Source: a virus
Lineage: Duplodnaviria; Caudoviricetes
Length of the DNA: 64,000 nucleotides
Direction: 5' to 3' (one strand)
IMG/VR virus record: IMGVR_UViG_3300035208_008180
Shown: positions 59,243 through 64,000 of the stretch, in pieces
How positions within the stretch are numbered: position 1 is the stretch's first letter
Layout of the letters: the number at the start of each line of letters is the position of its first letter
Made by a program: the position numbers and the translations under genes
The notes under the pieces: model-generated
Told to the model about the DNA's origin: nothing
Seen by the model: only the letters and a program-made list of their open reading frames with translations
Databases searched by the model: none

Positions 59243-59478
59243 TGATTACTTTTTCAGAATTTTGTATAAAAAACTTGGCCAAACAAGCAAAAGTAGATAT
59301 TGCTTGCTTAGACAAAAAACAACTAGAAATGGGTGTAAAAGTAGAGCGAGAACACAATGGCAAAATGGGAAAAGATACCAAAGTCATCAAAAACGATGCT
59401 GAGGCTCTTAAAATTGCTGTTGCCCACCTGAGAGAAGACCCCAAGTATTACACAAAATTAAAGAAAATAGAACACTAA
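59242..59478 (+). CDS. DUF5661-like phage protein
   Basis: QLEMGVKVEREH..IAVAHLREDPKYYTKL. Confidence 0.7.
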   Translation: MITFSEFCIKNLAKQAKVDIACLDKKQLEMGVKVEREHNGKMGKDTKVIKNDAEALKIAVAHLREDPKYYTKLKKIEH

Positions 59479-59729
59479 TCTGGAATCTTCCAAATATTTA
59501 TCTTTGTATCGCCCCTCGTAGTATCTTTTGGATCAATAAATCCAGGCTTCAAAGATTTTAGTGGCTTCTTGTCATATTGCATAGCAAAATAAGTAATAAA
59601 ATCAGCCGAAGAAGGAGTCACATATAAGGGAGGATATTGACCCAACGCATCATAAATAGAAGGATATAATCCAAGCTTGGCACCTGTGCGTAGATCATCC
59701 TCTTTTAACAACCACTCTCTGAATTGCAT
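59475..59729 (-). CDS. small protein, YPPxY family
   Basis: MQFREWLLKE; LGLYPSIYDALGQYPPLYVTP. Confidence 0.7.
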   Translation of the reverse strand: MQFREWLLKEDDLRTGAKLGLYPSIYDALGQYPPLYVTPSSADFITYFAMQYDKKPLKSLKPGFIDPKDTTRGDTKINIWKIPD

Positions 59730-60060
59730 ACATTATCTATGCATTCAATTGCTGATATCCTTCGCCTGTGGTCGATGAAGGAAGAATAGTTCCAGCGGGC
59801 AACAAAAATGACTTACATTTATAAGTCATATTGGGCAGAACATATTCCACTTCCACCAACTTGCCTTCGGCAATCATTTCTTGCAACAAATCTGGAAAAT
59901 CGAAATTGTTGTCAAAAACTTGTTGTCGCACTGTTGGGTTTACATGATTTGCAATGTGAACTGGAAGTTCTGTTGCTTTGCAGCCTTGAATATCGGCTAC
60001 AATTCTAGCAATCAGTTCCTTGACTGCATCCTTGTCCATTAAAACACCTCTTGAACAAAG

Positions 60061-60477
60061 TTATTTGGTTTCAGTTTCGTCCACAAACTCTTGCACTTCT
60101 TGAATAGATCGATATCCCATCAATCTTGTTCTCAACCAACCCTTGACCTTCGGATCATATCTGTATCTGATGATTTGTGGAATTGGCTGTTCATTGGATA
60201 GCTGCTTGGCGAGTGCCTGATCCTTGTCAGCATCCACCATTACCAAAACTTTTTTTCCAAACTTCACCTTAGGAATAACTTCTTTTTTCAATTTTTCACA
60301 ATAATGACACCAAGGGGCACCGAGAATTACAAACAACGGTCTCTTAGAAACCGTTATGACTTTATATGCTTCTGCATAAGTCATTTCTTTCGATTTGGGA
60401 GATTCCGCTTTTTTGGCAACTTCTGCGGCTTGCACAGGAACCACGCACAACAACAAAACAAATAGTAAATACTTCAT
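60061..60477 (-). CDS. secreted thioredoxin-family protein
   Basis: Signal peptide; APWCHYC; cis-Pro IP. Confidence 0.85.
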   Translation of the reverse strand: MKYLLFVLLLCVVPVQAAEVAKKAESPKSKEMTYAEAYKVITVSKRPLFVILGAPWCHYCEKLKKEVIPKVKFGKKVLVMVDADKDQALAKQLSNEQPIPQIIRYRYDPKVKGWLRTRLMGYRSIQEVQEFVDETETK

Positions 60478-61167
60478 AACAACTCCTTTGGTTAAGGTTC
60501 CACCTATATTTACTCTTCACAAAACACTAAAGTCCTATGAATGTCAAAAGCCTGCGGAGCAGTGATGGCTTTTCCGTAACATACGACGTGCGAATAATTT
60601 CTCCATCAATTTCATTCCACAACGTATTTTTTTCAGGATCGTAATGCCATTCTCTGTTAAAGTCTTCCATGAATTTTTTTGCAAACTCACGAGCCTCAGC
60701 ATCTCTTCTGGCTATTTCTTCTAGCCATTTTTCTCGATCTTCAGAAGTCGGATATTGAGCAACGAATTTTTTGAAGGACTTGTAAAGAATGACTAAGGAA
60801 TCTTCCTTGGCATCACTGGGAAAATCGGCACAAAGCCGTTTGACATAGCCATGCACTATCGCTTTATATTTTTTGTGGTCACTACGTGCATCTTCACTCA
60901 TGATTTAACAATAATTTAATCTAAGCTTTGGATTGTTTTTTTCTGCTTCACGTCTAATCTCTATGGGATATTCACCATAATTTCGTCCTCGATGATCCCA
61001 AATCAAAACAGTGCCATCATCGGGCAAATGAAGCAAAGCAGTCATATCGCCGGGGTGCGATGTGCCAATATGGCCATGCCCATCAACATAATAGAACTGC
61101 CCCTTGTCATCCCTCCAAAAGGAACAATCGCCAGTGGCATTCTTACGCCTTTCAAGACATTCTACCA

Positions 61168-61893
61168 TTATAGTGGTTTTGGTGTAAGCAAATTGCCCAT
61201 GTCATCAAAATCTACATAGCCCATATTATGACCCCACGACGGCATATGTCCATCCAAACACATAAAAGTAGTACCCTTATACTCTTGTACCCAATTGATG
61301 TGATGATGTCCAAAAAGCCAAAGCCTTGGTCGGTGCCGCTCTAAACAGGATTGCAAAATCCTATTGGTAACACTAGGTCGGAAGTCCTGCAAGAAACGAT
61401 CCTTGCCAGTATGGGCCAATAAATAGATTATCTCTTCTGCACAATCATGTGTCAAGACTATTTCTGGCTTTGCTTTCTCATAAGCCAACACACATTCATG
61501 CCCCTGTGTCCAACTCAATTCTTCATCTGCCCACCAACTAATGCCGGGAATACGTTCTGCTCGATCAATACTGCGGGCTCCACGAATATAGAAGAACTCA
61601 AAATTCCCCTCTTTGAGCGGAAAAGAATGAGTGCCATAATCGCCAAGAGCGTGTTGAACACGATGGTCATAATCATCATGATTGCCAAGAACCACAACAT
61701 GATGGGCTTTATCAATGTTGGCTACTTGTTGGTGAAAATCTGGCTGCCCGCTCCAAGCAAATCCAAAATCACCAAGCTGCACTGAGTATTCGGCAGCACC
61801 CATTAAGTTAAAATAACTACGACTACCACCTCTATAATTGAGATAGCCGTGTATGTCGCCAATAATACGAATATAAGGTTGCGGTTTGCTCAT
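61168..61893 (-). CDS. metallophosphoesterase
   Basis: GDIHG, LGDFG, GNHD, THD, FGHHH. Confidence 0.88.
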   Translation of the reverse strand: MSKPQPYIRIIGDIHGYLNYRGGSRSYFNLMGAAEYSVQLGDFGFAWSGQPDFHQQVANIDKAHHVVVLGNHDDYDHRVQHALGDYGTHSFPLKEGNFEFFYIRGARSIDRAERIPGISWWADEELSWTQGHECVLAYEKAKPEIVLTHDCAEEIIYLLAHTGKDRFLQDFRPSVTNRILQSCLERHRPRLWLFGHHHINWVQEYKGTTFMCLDGHMPSWGHNMGYVDFDDMGNLLTPKPL

Positions 61894-62249
61894 TTTTTTA
61901 TCGGTGATTTTTCCATCGTAAAGAGAATAACCTCTTCGCCGGTTATTGTGCTAATATCATGGTGCATGCTCAAAACCCTGACGCCAGTTATTTCTGCAAG
62001 CAATGCTTCCAAAAATGGCCGAGCCGTTTCAAGCAAATGAACCCGCACTTGTTTGAGTAAAATAACTCCTTTTTCTTTCTGCTTTTCTACCAAATGTTTT
62101 TCAGAAGCAGTAAGCACCCCTGTAAGCCGGATTACAAAAAAATCACCCAATAAATGAGTGTGAATTTCTTTTGGTCCCCGTCCCATGAATTCCTGTTCAA
62201 ATCGGGTAATTCCTCCACAAACAGCAGCTTCAATTTCGCCTTGAGTCAC
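61890..62249 (-). CDS. DUF2294 (MpsC-like) protein
   Basis: MGRGP..GVLT.SE..GV.V.SMHHDIST.TGEEVILF. Confidence 0.85.
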   Translation of the reverse strand: MTQGEIEAAVCGGITRFEQEFMGRGPKEIHTHLLGDFFVIRLTGVLTASEKHLVEKQKEKGVILLKQVRVHLLETARPFLEALLAEITGVRVLSMHHDISTITGEEVILFTMEKSPIKK

Positions 62250-62415
62250 ATTTGTGTTCCTTTATCCATTTAGCATGACATTGATCTGGATCGTATTTAA
62301 GCAATTCATCAGCCGTCTTTTGGATTGCATCTTCTGCATTTGTGAGCCTTGCTTGGGCACAAATAGAAGCCAGGGCGTCTCTAAATCCAATTGAATAATA
62401 TATGTGTTGATCCAT

Positions 62416-63822
62416 CTAATCCTCCGAGGGGCTGTTATCGCCACACATTTTCACAATCTTCGGATTAAAGGTTGCAACAATTTCAACCAAATCCGATTGA
62501 GCCGCCATAACTGTATCAATATCTTTATAGACCCCAGGGCTTTCGTCTGCCGTGGCGTCCAAGACAATGACACCTTGCCGATCCAAGTTACCTTGGACAG
62601 CTTTCCAAACATATTTTTCTTTGGCTTTTTTACGAGACATCAATCGCCCCGCCCCGTGAGAAGCAGAACAAAGACTCGCCGGATTACCTTTGCCCACCAC
62701 AATATAAGCAGGCGTGCCCATCGAACCAGGAATTACACCCAGCATACGATGGCTTGCAGGGGTTGCTCCCTTACGATGCACCACTACCTCGCCTTGATTC
62801 GGATCATGCGTTTCAAGGAAAGCGAAATTGTGATGATTCTCTACATTAAATAAAACTTTGGCTCCCAAATTCTGAGCCATAGCCTTGTGAATCAATTGAT
62901 GATTGGCTTGAGCGAATCGACCCATCAATTGCATTGCGAGCCAATATTCCTGCCCATCATTGGATGCCAAATCCAACCATGCCAGATTTTTCAAATCGTC
63001 ATATTTCTTCGGCAACTTGGATTGAGCAACCCCGTGATACATTTGGCATACTGCTGCCCCCGGTCCCCGAGAACCTGAATGAGTCATAATTGCCACATAC
63101 TCACCAGGGAGCAGCCCAGCAATATCTGCAAGCGATGGCGAATTTTGTATTTGCAGAATGCCGACATCAATAAAATGATTTCCGCTACCCGAAGTTCCTA
63201 GCTGCTTCCAGGCTTTGTCTTTTTGCTGTTTGGTGACTCTGGTAATTCCCCAATCCTCATCCATAACCGGATGATTTTTGGGCTGATCGAAGACCGCATT
63301 TCCGCCGTCGCCAATACCAAAACGAGTGCTCTTGGCAATCGCTTCCCTGTACAAATTAAATTTCTTTTCCAAGGAATTGACTGGCATATCTAGGATTGAC
63401 AAGCTCATACGGCAAGCAATATCGACGCCGACCGCATTCGGACATACGGCTCCTTGCAAAGCCAAAACCCCACCAATGGGCAGTCCGTAACCAACATGAC
63501 AATCTGGCATAACGGCGGCAGTAACCGCCATCGGCAATGAACAAGCTTGCTGCATTTGTCCGTCACAACCCTCTTCCAACGACCCCCATACCTTGTAGGG
63601 GATAGCAGCAGATCGAACAAACTGTTGCTCTTGAATTAGAAGATTGGCTAAATCTCCGAAGTGTTTATCTCCGACATATTCCTGAGGGTTGGTGAAGAAA
63701 GTCTTCATGATAGCCTTGATATTGCGATCATCGCCGCCCTCTCGGGCTACACGAATAGCATCGACCGCAAGACGGGCACAATCCTCAGGACATCCAAGTT
63801 TAACAAGCTGTTTGCCGTTCAT
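62416..63822 (-). CDS. rtcB: RtcB-family RNA ligase
   Basis: MPDCHVGYGLPIGG, GVDIAC, GSGNHF, HSGSRG, HHN, HRKGAT, SHGAGR, DESP.VYK. Confidence 0.95.
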   Translation of the reverse strand: MNGKQLVKLGCPEDCARLAVDAIRVAREGGDDRNIKAIMKTFFTNPQEYVGDKHFGDLANLLIQEQQFVRSAAIPYKVWGSLEEGCDGQMQQACSLPMAVTAAVMPDCHVGYGLPIGGVLALQGAVCPNAVGVDIACRMSLSILDMPVNSLEKKFNLYREAIAKSTRFGIGDGGNAVFDQPKNHPVMDEDWGITRVTKQQKDKAWKQLGTSGSGNHFIDVGILQIQNSPSLADIAGLLPGEYVAIMTHSGSRGPGAAVCQMYHGVAQSKLPKKYDDLKNLAWLDLASNDGQEYWLAMQLMGRFAQANHQLIHKAMAQNLGAKVLFNVENHHNFAFLETHDPNQGEVVVHRKGATPASHRMLGVIPGSMGTPAYIVVGKGNPASLCSASHGAGRLMSRKKAKEKYVWKAVQGNLDRQGVIVLDATADESPGVYKDIDTVMAAQSDLVEIVATFNPKIVKMCGDNSPSED

Positions 63823-64000
63823 GATTTTTCCTCCAATAGACTATCTCCCTCATTATACTCCAGAAATGCCAGAATGTAACCCCAAAAAACTGCAATTCTT
63901 GCTCTAATAAGGCATTAGATTGTTTTAAAATAAGGACAAGTCGCTGCATATCTATCAATCATGCAATCATACCAAAACTGGAAAGCGAACGAACAGTTAT

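Noticed and set aside
1-64000. Alternative genetic code or suppressor tRNAs
   Set aside because: Long conserved genes are intact in code 11, all three stops are used, and no CTA/TCA/TTA anticodon was found

Overview
A 64-kb segment of a large T4-like (jumbo) phage genome, most likely infecting a Planctomycetota host (inferred from a PilC N-terminal mimic, a DUF2294 protein and a planctomycete-style secreted Pro/Arg-rich protein). Most genes are small and lie on the minus strand. Recognisable accessory genes include NadE, a MazG-NadD fusion, an NDT-like/NUDIX fusion, RtcB, acyl carrier protein, two radical SAM enzymes, glycosyltransferases, an HldD-like epimerase, phosphoesterases, a fibre/adhesin plus trypsin-like protease, and several HNH/DUF559 endonucleases. 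The centre (about 13.2-39.7 kb) is a dispersed array of about 34 minus-strand tRNAs read by eye, one carrying a group I intron. The most striking feature is an RNA-processing module inside the array. It comprises a ~224-nt RNase P RNA that keeps the catalytic domain but has lost nearly all of the specificity domain, together with non-canonical tRNA-like RNAs: 100-165-nt D-loop inserts, an expanded anticodon arm, a tmRNA-like Ala acceptor, an 8/4 fold and a circularly permuted YrlA-like RNA. All RNA structures were folded manually and no database searches were run.
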